Shown here: positions 46,526 to 56,391 of the stretch, in pieces
Position numbering within the stretch: position 1 is the stretch's first letter
How the letters are laid out: every line of letters begins with the position of its first letter
Source of the DNA: Patescibacteria group bacterium
GTDB taxonomy: Bacteria > Patescibacteriota > Minisyncoccia > Phycocordibacterales > Phycocordibacteraceae
Direction: 5' to 3'
Length of the DNA stretch: 64,000 nt
NCBI GenBank assembly: GCA_040388985.1
Contig: JAZKAU010000002.1
Span: 311,642-375,641 of the forward strand
Translations under genes and position numbers: made by a program
Notes under the pieces: model-generated
What the model saw: only the letters and a program-made list of their open reading frames with translations
Database searches by the model: none
Told to the model about the DNA's origin: nothing

Positions 46526-47785
46526 ATGCCGTCAGCAGAGCCTTTACATACTCAAGAAACCGCGTTTGGGAGACTATTCAATAGGGTTCCGGAAATAACC
46601 GTCTTTTTCTGGATCATCAAGGTTCTCGGTACGACCGTGGGTGAGACCGCGGCGGACTTCCTGAACGTCAATCTTAATCTGGGCCTCACCGTCACCTCTG
46701 TCGTTATGGGTGTTCTCCTCGCAGTCGCTCTTTTCTTTCAGTTCAAGGCGAAGCGATATGTTCCCGGCATCTATTGGTCGGCTGTCGTACTCATAAGCGT
46801 GTTTGGCACGCTCGTCACCGATAACCTTACGGATGCCCTCGGCGTGCCTCTGGAGCTCAGTACGCTCGTCTTCAGCGCTCTTCTCGCGATTACCTTTGCT
46901 CTCTGGTACTGGAAGGAGCGAAGCCTCTCGATGCATTCGATCGTGACGGCAAAGCGAGAAACCTTCTACTGGTTCGCCATCCTCTTTACGTTCGCACTCG
47001 GTACGGCGTCCGGCGACCTTATGGCAGAAGGTCTTGGGCTCGGATACTTCACTACTGGCGTCATCGTTGCGGGAGCGATAGCGGCTATCGCGCTCGCACG
47101 GCGCCTTGGCCTTAATGCCGTACTCTCGTTCTGGCTTATCTACATCCTTACCCGCCCACTCGGAGCATCCATAGGTGATCTGCTTACCCAGTCGCCGGCG
47201 CATGGCGGCTTAGGTCTTGGTGCGACGACAACGAGCGTGATATTCATCGCGGCGATCATCGCGACCGTAGCGTATCTTGCGATCACTAAGAAAGACGTAA
47301 CCGAGCCGGAAGGGACTGAGGAAGAGTCGCTGCCACAGAAGGGACGGAAGGGAAGTAAGGGGGCGATGATGCAAGTCGTCGTCACGCTCCTGATAATCAT
47401 CGCGCTCGCAACTGCCGGTTATTATTTGCGCCAATCCTCCTTGCAGGCTCCTGCAGCCACCTTGTCATCTCCTTCGCAGTCTGAAGGAACGACTACAGCA
47501 ACTGTGGCGCCTTCGCCTCTCGGAAACCTCACGACATTCCGCACTATCACTCAGGACATGCTCGACTCAGTAAATAAAGGCGACCTTACGGGGGCGAAGA
47601 CCCGAGCGGACGATCTGGAATTCGAGTGGGATAACGCCGAAGCGCGACTCAAGCCCATGAATACGGCGAAGTGGCATGAGGTCGATGATGCTATAGACAA
47701 GGTGCTGCGCGAGGTACGTTCCGTGAATCCGAATGTGGCGACCTCGAAATCTGCCCTCGAAGCATTGCTCTCAACGCTTAACTAG
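46526..47785 (+). CDS. membrane protein with ~8 TM N-domain and Ser/Thr-rich linker plus soluble C-domain
   Basis: hydropathy; no motif. Confidence 0.5.
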   Translation: MPSAEPLHTQETAFGRLFNRVPEITVFFWIIKVLGTTVGETAADFLNVNLNLGLTVTSVVMGVLLAVALFFQFKAKRYVPGIYWSAVVLISVFGTLVTDNLTDALGVPLELSTLVFSALLAITFALWYWKERSLSMHSIVTAKRETFYWFAILFTFALGTASGDLMAEGLGLGYFTTGVIVAGAIAAIALARRLGLNAVLSFWLIYILTRPLGASIGDLLTQSPAHGGLGLGATTTSVIFIAAIIATVAYLAITKKDVTEPEGTEEESLPQKGRKGSKGAMMQVVVTLLIIIALATAGYYLRQSSLQAPAATLSSPSQSEGTTTATVAPSPLGNLTTFRTITQDMLDSVNKGDLTGAKTRADDLEFEWDNAEARLKPMNTAKWHEVDDAIDKVLREVRSVNPNVATSKSALEALLSTLN

Positions 47786-47936
47786 AGGACCGAAGCAGCA
47801 AAGCGCGTCATCAAAGTGGCCCAACCTCATTCAGCTTCAAAGCGGCAGGTCTCTAGAAATGTAGCTGCAGCCTTGTCCTGCAGCAAGATATCTCATGTGA
47901 TACCCTAGATACATACTTAGAGTAATACGAGCACCT

Positions 47937-48413
47937 ATGATACCTAAAAACACTATCTGCCTCTGGTTCGAAAAGGATGCGCTGGATGCAGCAAACTTCT
48001 ATGCAGCTACGTTCCCTGACACCAGCGTCGGCACTATCGTTCACGCACCCGGTGACTTTCCGAGTGGTAAGAAAGGCGACGTGCTGACAGTGGAATTTAC
48101 TGTCTGCGGGATTCCTTGTCTCGGCCTGAATGGCGGCACGTATTTCACGCAAAGCGAAGCGTTCTCCTTCCAGATCGCAACCGATGATCAGGAGGAAACG
48201 GATCGCTATTGGAACGCGATCGTCGGCAACGGCGGCAAGGAAAGCGAGTGTGGGTGGTGTAAGGATCGCTGGGGAGTATCGTGGCAGATCACCCCGCGTA
48301 CGCTGACCGAGGCTATGACTGCGGGCGGTGCAGAAGCCGAACGTGCCTTCAAGGCCATGATGACCATGAAGAAGATCGACGTCGCTGCTATCGACGCAGC
48401 ACGGAAAGGTTAA
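47937..48413 (+). CDS. VOC/glyoxalase-superfamily protein (PhnB-like)
   Basis: ICLWFEKDALDAANFYAATFPD...TVEFTVCG, WGVSWQI C-terminal motif typical of PhnB-like proteins. Confidence 0.7.
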   Translation: MIPKNTICLWFEKDALDAANFYAATFPDTSVGTIVHAPGDFPSGKKGDVLTVEFTVCGIPCLGLNGGTYFTQSEAFSFQIATDDQEETDRYWNAIVGNGGKESECGWCKDRWGVSWQITPRTLTEAMTAGGAEAERAFKAMMTMKKIDVAAIDAARKG

Positions 48414-48461
48414 GGGAAAGTCGAGGCGCTATAAGCAGACACACCTCGTTATATTCTTCTT

Positions 48462-49079
48462 ATGAGAAAGATTATTACTACGACATTCGTTACTCTTGAC
48501 GGAGTCATGCAGGCTCCAGGAGGACCGCAGGAGGATACCGCAGGCGGATTCGCCTATGGAGGCTGGCAACTATCCCGCCCTTCCGACGAGATGCTCGACT
48601 CCATGCTGAACGAGATCATGCATGCTCCGTTCGAGCTTCTGCTTGGCAAGATCACGTACGATATCTTTGCCGGTTACTGGCCCAGTGCAAAGACTGACCA
48701 GGAGGTGGCAGAGCCGTTCAATCGGACGAAGAAATATGTCGTGTCGCACGAAGCCTTCGAGCCTGAGTGGAATAACTCGACATGTATCACGGGCGATGTC
48801 GTCTCGCAGCTTACAAAACTTAAGGAAGAAGACGGTCCGGACCTATGGGTCTGGGGCAGCGGGAATCTTATCCAGACCTTACTCAAAGCGAATCTGATCG
48901 ATCGGATGCAGCTATGGATATATCCGATCACGCTCGGGACCGGGAAGCGACTCTTCGCGGATGGAACGCAGGCCGAGAATTTCAGGCTCGTCGAGTCTAA
49001 GACATCAACAACGGGCGTTATCGTTGCGACCTACGAATCCGCAGGAGCGCTTACGTCGAATCTATCTTCAGGAAAATAG
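48462..49079 (+). CDS. dihydrofolate reductase family protein (RibD C-terminal-domain-like)
   Basis: MRKIITTTFVTLDGVMQAPGGPQED N-terminus and WVWGSGNL motif. Confidence 0.75.
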   Translation: MRKIITTTFVTLDGVMQAPGGPQEDTAGGFAYGGWQLSRPSDEMLDSMLNEIMHAPFELLLGKITYDIFAGYWPSAKTDQEVAEPFNRTKKYVVSHEAFEPEWNNSTCITGDVVSQLTKLKEEDGPDLWVWGSGNLIQTLLKANLIDRMQLWIYPITLGTGKRLFADGTQAENFRLVESKTSTTGVIVATYESAGALTSNLSSGK

Positions 49080-49138
49080 GCGGCTTCTTCGCCTCCAGAA
49101 AATATTTATACCGCAAAGAAGAGAGGCCTGTACGTGTC

Positions 49139-49182
49139 CCCAACTTCGATTCACAAGAGGTCACCGTGTCATCTGAGACGGT
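49139..49182 (+). terminator. Rho-independent terminator (ACAAGAGGTCACCGT...ACGGTGACCTCTTGT)
   Basis: 15-bp perfect stem. Confidence 0.6.
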
Positions 49183-49281
49183 GACCTCTTGTATCTCCAT
49201 ACTCAGACTTTCAGGACTATAGGGGAGGCAAATAACGATGAAATACTGGCTGAAATTCCTTTCCTCGTCTCGTATATACTT

Positions 49282-49812
49282 ATGGATATGAAATCCATCA
49301 GAATAATCCTGCTCGTTCTGATACTCATCGGGCTCGGCTTACTAGCTGCTCAAAGCATCTGGGTACCACCACTCGTAAACTGGATACTAGCAGAAGAGAA
49401 TACGACCTATGTCGTAGAACCGGCTCCGATGAATATCGTTCCGCCTCCTGCTACGACGATGAGACCGACACCGTCCAAGCCGCCCGCGCCTGGAGTACAA
49501 GAAACAGGGACTCTGCTGGGTACGGTGAGTCTCTCGCCTACGTGTCCGGTAGAACGCATACCCCCAGACCCGCAGTGCGCGCCGAAGCCTTACGTGACGT
49601 CCGTAACCGTGCTGCGCACCGGCGGCACGAGCATAGTCGCTCAACAGAAGACTGAGGATGACGGAAGTTTCAGATTCAGCCTCGCACCAGGACTGTATAC
49701 CGTCAAAGCTGCAGGAGCTGCCGTATATCCTCGCTGCTCGTCGGCGAGTACGCAAGTAACGAAGGACACCATCACCAGCATTGCTATAAGTTGTGATACA
49801 GGTATCCGTTAG
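49282..49812 (+). CDS. secreted hypothetical protein
   Basis: signal anchor MKSIRIILLVLILIGLGLLAA (start trimmed), Pro/Thr-rich, beta-rich C-terminus. Confidence 0.45.
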   Translation: MDMKSIRIILLVLILIGLGLLAAQSIWVPPLVNWILAEENTTYVVEPAPMNIVPPPATTMRPTPSKPPAPGVQETGTLLGTVSLSPTCPVERIPPDPQCAPKPYVTSVTVLRTGGTSIVAQQKTEDDGSFRFSLAPGLYTVKAAGAAVYPRCSSASTQVTKDTITSIAISCDTGIR

Positions 49813-49827
49813 CAAGGCTCTTCCTAT

Positions 49828-50349
49828 ATGTCCGCACGCCGCAGTATAGTTCTCGTACACGATAGGATGCAGGACGGCTACCAGTATGAATTGACCGAGC
49901 CTATGGGAAAGAACTTCAATCCGCGCTTTCAGCCGGAAGTGTCGCCTAAGGAGATGCTCGAGCTCGGAGTCTTCGGCGGCGTGTATATGCGCGATTGCGG
50001 AAAGGAATTCCCGAAGGACTGGTTTACACATGCGAAATTCCAGATACCGGAAACATATAAGCGCGACCCGAAACTCAACTACTTCGGAGTGAATGCCAGT
50101 CAGCCGCTTTCCGTCTGGCGAGCCAAGGGCTGGATCTATAAGGACGATCCGCGCGGATGGTTCCAGTGGTACTGCCGCTACTATAGCGGCAGGCGCGGGC
50201 CCGACGACGACCGGCAGATCAGACGGTGGATAGCCATGCGCCGGCATCTCGCTCAAATACGCATGCATTGCCGCCGCGGCGACTCAACCTGCCATCCCCG
50301 ACAGCGTCAGGCGGTGCTGCACTGGGCATATGATAGCCGCAAGCTCTAG
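49828..50349 (+). CDS. hypothetical protein
   Basis: 173-aa ORF, Trp/Arg-rich, no motif recognised. Confidence 0.4.
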   Translation: MSARRSIVLVHDRMQDGYQYELTEPMGKNFNPRFQPEVSPKEMLELGVFGGVYMRDCGKEFPKDWFTHAKFQIPETYKRDPKLNYFGVNASQPLSVWRAKGWIYKDDPRGWFQWYCRYYSGRRGPDDDRQIRRWIAMRRHLAQIRMHCRRGDSTCHPRQRQAVLHWAYDSRKL

Positions 50350-50398
50350 ATAGGTATCCTTTCTGGGTAGCGCGCGGAGACTGATATACTTTCTCAAC

Positions 50399-50800
50399 AT
50401 GGAAAGAACCCTACCGGACCTGAAGAAAGTTCTCGCAACAAACAAGAAGGCGCAGGCGACGTGGGAGGACCTGACTCCCATCGCGCGCAGGGACTTCATC
50501 AGCTGGATAGAATCGGCCAAACAGCCCGAAACACGCAAGCGACGAGTCGAGAGCCTCCCCTCTAGGCTCGCCTCAGGAAAGCGCCGCCCCTGCTGCTACG
50601 CCATAGTCCCGACGAATCTCTACAAGGCTCTCGACTTTCTTCCCAAAGCAAAGAAGCTCTGGAAGGACCTCACGCCAGATGAGAAAAGAGATTTCACCGA
50701 CTGGATTAATACTGCAAAGGACTCAGAGGCCCGTACCAAAAGAATCGAGAAGGCTTGCGCGCTGCTTTTAGCCGGAAAGAGGAGGCCTCAAGATAAATAG
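50399..50800 (+). CDS. YdeI/OmpD-associated (DUF1801-type) protein, internally duplicated
   Basis: two repeats WEDLTPIARRDFISWIESAKQPETRKRRVE / WKDLTPDEKRDFTDWINTAKDSEARTKRIE. Confidence 0.6.
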   Translation: MERTLPDLKKVLATNKKAQATWEDLTPIARRDFISWIESAKQPETRKRRVESLPSRLASGKRRPCCYAIVPTNLYKALDFLPKAKKLWKDLTPDEKRDFTDWINTAKDSEARTKRIEKACALLLAGKRRPQDK

Positions 50801-50834
50801 ATTGGCCAACTCTCCGACTTGCTATACTTAATCC

Positions 50835-51560
50835 ATGTTCGAAGGCAAGGTAATCCTAGTAACCGGCGGCTCAAGCGGCATTGGCGCTTGTGCAGCCTTG
50901 CTGTTCGCTGAAGAGGGAGGAGATATCGCTTTCTCGTATAAGAGTAACGAAGCGGCAGCTGCTGAGATCGCGGCGAAGATTAAGGGGTTGGGCCGAAGGG
51001 TATTAGTCATTCAGGCAGACTTGGTCAATGAGAACGAAGCGAAAGAGATGGTCGCGAGAGTCATGGATGAATACGGAAGGATCGATATTCTCGTAAATAA
51101 TGCAGGTGGCTACATAGAGGGAGATGAGTGGAACGGGACTGTCGAGATCTGGACAAGATCCCTCTCGCAGAACCTTATTTCCACGATGAGCGTCTCGAAA
51201 TATGTGCTAGAGATCTTTCAGAAACAGAAAAGCGGAGTGATGGTGAACATCGCTTCGCGGCATGGGATGACCGGAGATTACTTTGCTCTTTCGTATGCTG
51301 CTGCAAAAGCCGGAGTGATAAACATAACGCAGGCATATGCAAAACTGCTCGAGCCGTTCGGCCGCGCTAATAGCGTCTCACCGTCTGCCACACATGCTGG
51401 CTACTGGCTCACTGCTCCTCAGCAGGAACTCGAAGAAACCTTGGCTGCACGTCCGGACCACAAGCTCGTTGAGCCGGAAACGGTAGCGAAGAAGATAGTC
51501 TTTCTCGCATCTCCCGAAGCTCGAGAGATTACGGGCCAGAATTTCCCCGTTACGGAATAA
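50835..51560 (+). CDS. SDR family oxidoreductase
   Basis: TGGSSGIG cofactor motif, NNAG, catalytic YxxxK (YAAAK). Confidence 0.85.
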   Translation: MFEGKVILVTGGSSGIGACAALLFAEEGGDIAFSYKSNEAAAAEIAAKIKGLGRRVLVIQADLVNENEAKEMVARVMDEYGRIDILVNNAGGYIEGDEWNGTVEIWTRSLSQNLISTMSVSKYVLEIFQKQKSGVMVNIASRHGMTGDYFALSYAAAKAGVINITQAYAKLLEPFGRANSVSPSATHAGYWLTAPQQELEETLAARPDHKLVEPETVAKKIVFLASPEAREITGQNFPVTE

Positions 51561-51646
51561 TCCCTCATTCATGCTTGAAAACGCGAAGCCAGGCTCATAT
51601 ATCTGGAATGTAGCTTAAGTTTAGTATCTAAGGGTATACTGGATTC

Positions 51647-51722
51647 GATGCGGTCGCCGAGGTGGTTCAGGTGCTTGCCCGCAAGGTAAGAGACGCAGGT
51701 TCAAGTCCTGCCCGCATCTCCA
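51647..51722 (+). tRNA. tRNA-Cys (GCA) (tentative), CCA encoded
   Basis: acceptor GATGCGG/CCGCATC, anticodon stem CTTGC/GTAAG loop CCGCAAG, T-arm GCAGGTTCAAGTCCTGC, TCCA end; D-arm atypical. Confidence 0.55.
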
Positions 51723-52750
51723 TGACACCACAGGAGCATTTAGCGTCCGAGCTCTCAAGCTGTGCCCGATACGAGCTTTCTCCAGCTGAGCAGAAAGAGA
51801 TCGAAGGCGCCGGTCTGCCAGCATTCCTGAAACGACAACTGACTCGTAAGGCATTCCGTCGATGGAAGTTGCCAGAGGCAGCCGAGCAGCGCATCGATAC
51901 AGCAATCGCTCATTGCATCGAGAAGAACAAACCGATCACGTTCCGCTATCGTTTCGGTGGATACAAGCTCTGGCGACTGCCGTCCTCGCCGGAAGTCGAT
52001 TGGGCGGAGTTCTTCACGTTCGTTCACTATTCACGTTACTTGGCACCTATAGCGGCTGCGCATAAGCCAGGAGTAAGGATGATCTTCGCATCCGATGATG
52101 TTTTCGTAGAGCGGCTCGATAACATCGGGAAAGATAAGACCGAGGCATACTACCGTTCGTTCCAGGCGCTCTTAGATGAATTCCGAAAATATTTCCCCGA
52201 GAACTTCTCTATGGATGTGCTCAAGCACAGCTCACTTTATGAGAAGCCTGAAGACCTGGAGAAGGAATTCGAGGAGAAGATGATACAGATGACGAATGCA
52301 TGGGAAGATAAGCCGGAAGAGGCGCGACAAAGCGACCTCGCGACCTCGACCCTTAATATCCGTTGGGATGGAGTGGAGGATCTCACGAGCCTTTCGGATG
52401 AGGAGAAACAACGGAAGATCGTTACGAGTGCGATCATGCACGACGCGCTCGTAGCGCTCCCGACGATCCGGTCATTCACTGCCGATAATCCTGGCATTAT
52501 CTCAGTATTCAGCTTCCCGTTCCCGTCGCTGATCGCTATTGGTACGACCAAGACCTCGATAGCGAAATTCTGGGTGGGGACCGGCGTCCTGGAGCAGAAG
52601 GATGGCCACTACTATGACCGTGTGCTCACCCCTGGTCAAGCAGAACAAATTAGTGAGGCTCCTCACCAAGAGATTGCTGTTGATCTTATACCCTTCAAGA
52701 ACTTCTCGTCGGTCAGGATTTTTAATGGACGGCTAGATTTCGTGAAGTAA
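51722..52750 (+). CDS. hypothetical protein
   Basis: start trimmed to MTPQEH (ORF 51662 overlaps tRNA); no motif. Confidence 0.45.
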   Translation: MTPQEHLASELSSCARYELSPAEQKEIEGAGLPAFLKRQLTRKAFRRWKLPEAAEQRIDTAIAHCIEKNKPITFRYRFGGYKLWRLPSSPEVDWAEFFTFVHYSRYLAPIAAAHKPGVRMIFASDDVFVERLDNIGKDKTEAYYRSFQALLDEFRKYFPENFSMDVLKHSSLYEKPEDLEKEFEEKMIQMTNAWEDKPEEARQSDLATSTLNIRWDGVEDLTSLSDEEKQRKIVTSAIMHDALVALPTIRSFTADNPGIISVFSFPFPSLIAIGTTKTSIAKFWVGTGVLEQKDGHYYDRVLTPGQAEQISEAPHQEIAVDLIPFKNFSSVRIFNGRLDFVK

Positions 52751-52767
52751 GAGCTGGAATAATACAT

Positions 52768-53268
52768 ATGAAAGATCTCGGATTCATTAACCCCAGGAAT
52801 GTCTCTCGAGATGAAGGTGAAAATTACTCCCTACGGGAGGCTGCGCGGGCGATCGTTAGAGATGCGGAAGGACTAATAGCGATGCTCCATGTCACGAGAG
52901 ACAACTACTACAAGCTTCCAGGGGGCGGGGTGGAGGAAGGTGAAGATGTGATCACAGCTCTCAGGCGTGAATGCCAAGAAGAGATCGGGTGCGATATCGA
53001 AGTCACGAGTGAAATCGGAATGATCACTGAGTATTGGCAAGAAGACCGGGAGAAACAGATATCGCATTGCTATCTCGCGAATCTTGTGGGCGCTAAAGGA
53101 GAACCGAGTCTCACCGAAAGTGAAAGAGAGCGACGCTATAAGACCGTATGGCTTTCGTATAACGATGCGTTAAAAGCCTTAAGAGATAGTAGCCTGACTA
53201 ACTGGGAAGCTGAATATATTGTCCCTCGAGAAATCCTTTTTCTTGAAGAGATTAAGGAGCGTTTGTAG
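52768..53268 (+). CDS. NUDIX hydrolase
   Basis: Nudix box GGGVEEGEDVITALRRECQEEIG. Confidence 0.75.
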   Translation: MKDLGFINPRNVSRDEGENYSLREAARAIVRDAEGLIAMLHVTRDNYYKLPGGGVEEGEDVITALRRECQEEIGCDIEVTSEIGMITEYWQEDREKQISHCYLANLVGAKGEPSLTESERERRYKTVWLSYNDALKALRDSSLTNWEAEYIVPREILFLEEIKERL

Positions 53269-53299
53269 TCTCCAATTAGTTAGCTGGTACAATACATCC

Positions 53300-54223
53300 G
53301 TGGCAAAGAGCATAACTATCGGGAGTATCAATATGGATATCGTGAGTCAGGTAGAGAAACATCCTCTGCCTGGACAGACCATTACCGGTAAGGACTTTCT
53401 ATACGTTCCTGGCGGAAAGGGCGCGAATCAGGCTGTCGCCACTCGTCGGATGGGCACTTCGGTACAGATGGCTGGTATGGTCGGAAAAGACCCGTTCGCA
53501 GACACGCTCCTTAATTTCTATCTTTTTGAGGGGATAGATACTCAACATGTCTCGGTTGATAACGAACATCCGACTGGAGCCGCATTTGTCGCAGTAGATT
53601 CTGCTTCGGAGAACGTCATCTATGTAAGCGCGGGCGCTAATTCCAGACTTTCTTCGTTGCATATCGAAGCTATCGTTATTTCAGGCGACGACGTAGTCTC
53701 CGCCACACTCGAGACCCCCGTGAGTTCCACCAAAAGAGCTTTCGAAAAAGCACGGGAGGTAGGAGCCACTACTGTACTCAACGCCGCGCCTGCCCAGAAA
53801 GAAGCGGAAGAACTTTTTCCTCTAACGGATTACTTGATCGTAAACGAGACCGAACTCGCATATTTTGGAGCTATTGATCCAATTAGCTCTAAAGAAGAGG
53901 CTCAGGAAGTCATGAAGGACTTAGCTGCTCGTTTCGAGATGAATATCATTACTACTCTAGGGAGTAAGGGCGCGGCGTCGTATTTAAATAGAGAAGCGTT
54001 CAATGTCGACGGTTATGTAGTGAAAGCCGTAGATAGTACCGGAGCGGGGGATTGCTTCGTAGGAGCATTCGTAAGCATGCTTGTAGAGAAGAGAGGTGCA
54101 AAGGACGCTATCGAATTCGCGAATGCTGCCGCGGCCGTCAAGGTCCAGAAGCTGGGAGCTTCCTCGATGCCTCTGCGAGCCAACGTGGACAGCTTCTTGA
54201 ATCAGAGAGCAGTAACTTTGTAG
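53300..54223 (+). CDS. ribokinase/PfkB family sugar kinase (probable GTG start)
   Basis: ITIGSINMDIV, GGKGANQAVA, C-terminal GAGDCFVGAF; no in-frame ATG near N-terminus so GTG at 53300 proposed. Confidence 0.7.
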   Translation: MAKSITIGSINMDIVSQVEKHPLPGQTITGKDFLYVPGGKGANQAVATRRMGTSVQMAGMVGKDPFADTLLNFYLFEGIDTQHVSVDNEHPTGAAFVAVDSASENVIYVSAGANSRLSSLHIEAIVISGDDVVSATLETPVSSTKRAFEKAREVGATTVLNAAPAQKEAEELFPLTDYLIVNETELAYFGAIDPISSKEEAQEVMKDLAARFEMNIITTLGSKGAASYLNREAFNVDGYVVKAVDSTGAGDCFVGAFVSMLVEKRGAKDAIEFANAAAAVKVQKLGASSMPLRANVDSFLNQRAVTL

Positions 54224-55491
54224 ATCCGATTATCAGCCACTGTTTCTCTATTCTCGAGACCAACTATCTCGAAGGTGTAGTTATTTTCTTTCAGCGAGTC
54301 TTCAAGGATTCTAAGTGCATCCACATCCTTATTCGAGAATCCGATATACATAATCCCGTCCGGTGCAAGATAGTCTCTCGCGGTCTTCACGAATTTGCCG
54401 AGAACGCTCTCCTCATCGTTCTGCGTCTTGAATGCGTGGGCAAGGCTGGTCTCGGTCTTCGCGACCCTTTCGTTATGGAACGGAGGATTGAAGAAGATGA
54501 TGTCGAAGTAGTTCTTATAGATCGATGGTATCTTCTCAAACAGGTCGCTCTCGAAGACCACTCCTTTATCAGCATGAGGAGAACTTTCGAGATTATATTT
54601 TGCATTCTGAACAGCGACAGAATTGATATCGCTCATGACGACTTCCGTTGCTCCTGCGTCCAGAGCGACTAAGCCCATTGCCCCGTGTCCGCATGCTATA
54701 TCGGCTATCTTCTTGCCCTTAGATACTTCGCGCACCAGTCTCGCGAATAGTTTCGATGATCTGAATCGATTGGACGGATACACTCCGGGAAATACGGCCA
54801 TAACCAAGCCCGCAAATAGTATGCGATACGTATTCGCACTCTTAAGCACATGCTTATATATCTCAGCAACTCCAGCAGCCGGATAATATATCGGTGGAGA
54901 GTAATTCTGCTCCACAAGCGAATCAAGATACTCGAGCACTATGGACGCCGCTTTCTCGCCATCCTTCGCATAGAAAAGGGGAGTGGGATCAGCATGCATC
55001 AATTCCTCGGATACAAAGGAGTCGATAAGGGTCTTGTGTCGCTCAAAGTAGTCTCCCACGAGCACGAGCGGCTTATGGATCTCTCCGAGGATATTGAGAA
55101 TCTGTATCTCGAGGATCTCATGGAACGTACCGACTGCGCCCGGGAGCGCGATGAATGCATCTCCCAGCTCGATGAGTCTGCGCTGACGGTCATAGTGATC
55201 GGTATACGCTTCGTATTCCGTGAAGTCGGGACTGGGCTCCGGCTCACGATTCCCGAGTGCTATCCCGAACAGGCTGCCACGCATCCTCCCTGTCTCTCTA
55301 GCTACGACGCCCATGAGTCCTGTCTGGCCGCCCCCGGTATTGATGCCATAGCCCGCTTCACTTATCCTGCATGCCAAAGTCTCCGCGTCACCTATATAAC
55401 GTTTGTTATGAGTGTTCCTCCCGCTTGCGAATATGGTCACGCGAGGTGTATATCCGCCCTTCGTTTTCTTAATCACATTGGTAGTTGTCAT
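54202..55491 (-). CDS. fusion of LOG-family (TIGR00730) nucleotide phosphoribohydrolase and class I methyltransferase (NPPF motif)
   Basis: LOG motifs GGGQTGLMG and LPGAVGTFHE; C-terminal MTase motif I VALDAGATEVVMSDI and IIFFNPPF. Confidence 0.65.
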   Translation of the reverse strand: MTTTNVIKKTKGGYTPRVTIFASGRNTHNKRYIGDAETLACRISEAGYGINTGGGQTGLMGVVARETGRMRGSLFGIALGNREPEPSPDFTEYEAYTDHYDRQRRLIELGDAFIALPGAVGTFHEILEIQILNILGEIHKPLVLVGDYFERHKTLIDSFVSEELMHADPTPLFYAKDGEKAASIVLEYLDSLVEQNYSPPIYYPAAGVAEIYKHVLKSANTYRILFAGLVMAVFPGVYPSNRFRSSKLFARLVREVSKGKKIADIACGHGAMGLVALDAGATEVVMSDINSVAVQNAKYNLESSPHADKGVVFESDLFEKIPSIYKNYFDIIFFNPPFHNERVAKTETSLAHAFKTQNDEESVLGKFVKTARDYLAPDGIMYIGFSNKDVDALRILEDSLKENNYTFEIVGLENRETVADNRIYKVTAL

Positions 55492-55579
55492 ACCGGAGAG
55501 TATGATGCGAATAGCACATCACTGTCAAACACTGTCAGACAGTATTTGACAACAAGTCAGCGCGGACTATACTGACCCT

Positions 55580-56341
55580 ATGGAATTACAGAGGACTCTC
55601 GAAGCACTCGGATTCTCAGCGAAGGAAATCCAGGTATATCTAGCCATCATCAAGCTCGGAAAGACGACGCCTGCGGCAGTGGCTAAGATAACGAAGATAG
55701 GAAGGCCGACGGTGTATAACCTCGTAAAGAGCCTTATATCGAAAGGAGTGATAGCTGAGGATAAGGCTGACGCAATCCTTCACCTGGTCGCGCTGCCGCC
55801 GGAAGGATTGCGGGCATTCATCGAGCGCTCGAAAGTCGAGCTTCAGAAGAAAGAAGCGCTGGTAGATACGGCTATAGAAGAACTCGGTCTTATTCATTCA
55901 GGCGAGACGTATCCGGTGCCGCGTCTGCGATTCGTAGAGGAGAACGAACTGCGTGACTATCTCTTCCAGAATGCGGTCAAATGGAATGAGAGCGTCCTGT
56001 CTAAGGACGGAATTTGGCATGGCTTTCAGGACCATAGCTTCCTTGAGAACTACGCGGACTGGATCGATTGGACCGTGAAGAAATTCAAAGGGAAGGACTA
56101 CGCAGTGCATCTCTTTAGTAATGCGTCGAAGATAGAGGAGAAGATCGAAGGTATGATTCCTGAACGATCCGTAAAGTTTCTTAAGAATTCTCGCTTCACA
56201 GCGACCACCTGGGTCGTGGGCGACTATCTCGTCATGATCTCAACCTCCAAAGCACCGTTCTACCTTGTGGAGATACATGACGCTCTCATGGCCGGAAACA
56301 TGCGCGAAGTCTTCAAGAATATGTGGGAGGTGAATAAATAA
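55580..56341 (+). CDS. TrmB-family transcriptional regulator
   Basis: N-terminal wHTH LGFSAKEIQVYLAIIKLGKTTPAAVAKITKIGRPTVYNLVKSL; TATACT box upstream. Confidence 0.7.
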   Translation: MELQRTLEALGFSAKEIQVYLAIIKLGKTTPAAVAKITKIGRPTVYNLVKSLISKGVIAEDKADAILHLVALPPEGLRAFIERSKVELQKKEALVDTAIEELGLIHSGETYPVPRLRFVEENELRDYLFQNAVKWNESVLSKDGIWHGFQDHSFLENYADWIDWTVKKFKGKDYAVHLFSNASKIEEKIEGMIPERSVKFLKNSRFTATTWVVGDYLVMISTSKAPFYLVEIHDALMAGNMREVFKNMWEVNK

Positions 56342-56391
56342 GCCTCTTCAATCTCATGCGTAAGAACTGATACAATTCTTTTAAGATAACT

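Noticed and set aside
42146-47785. Possible second accessory island (P-loop kinase, hydrolase, PaaX-like regulator, orphan asparaginase domain)
   Set aside because: GC is lower and functions are heterogeneous, but I found no flanking repeats, integrase or tRNA. I treat it as ordinary variable chromosomal cargo rather than a defined element.
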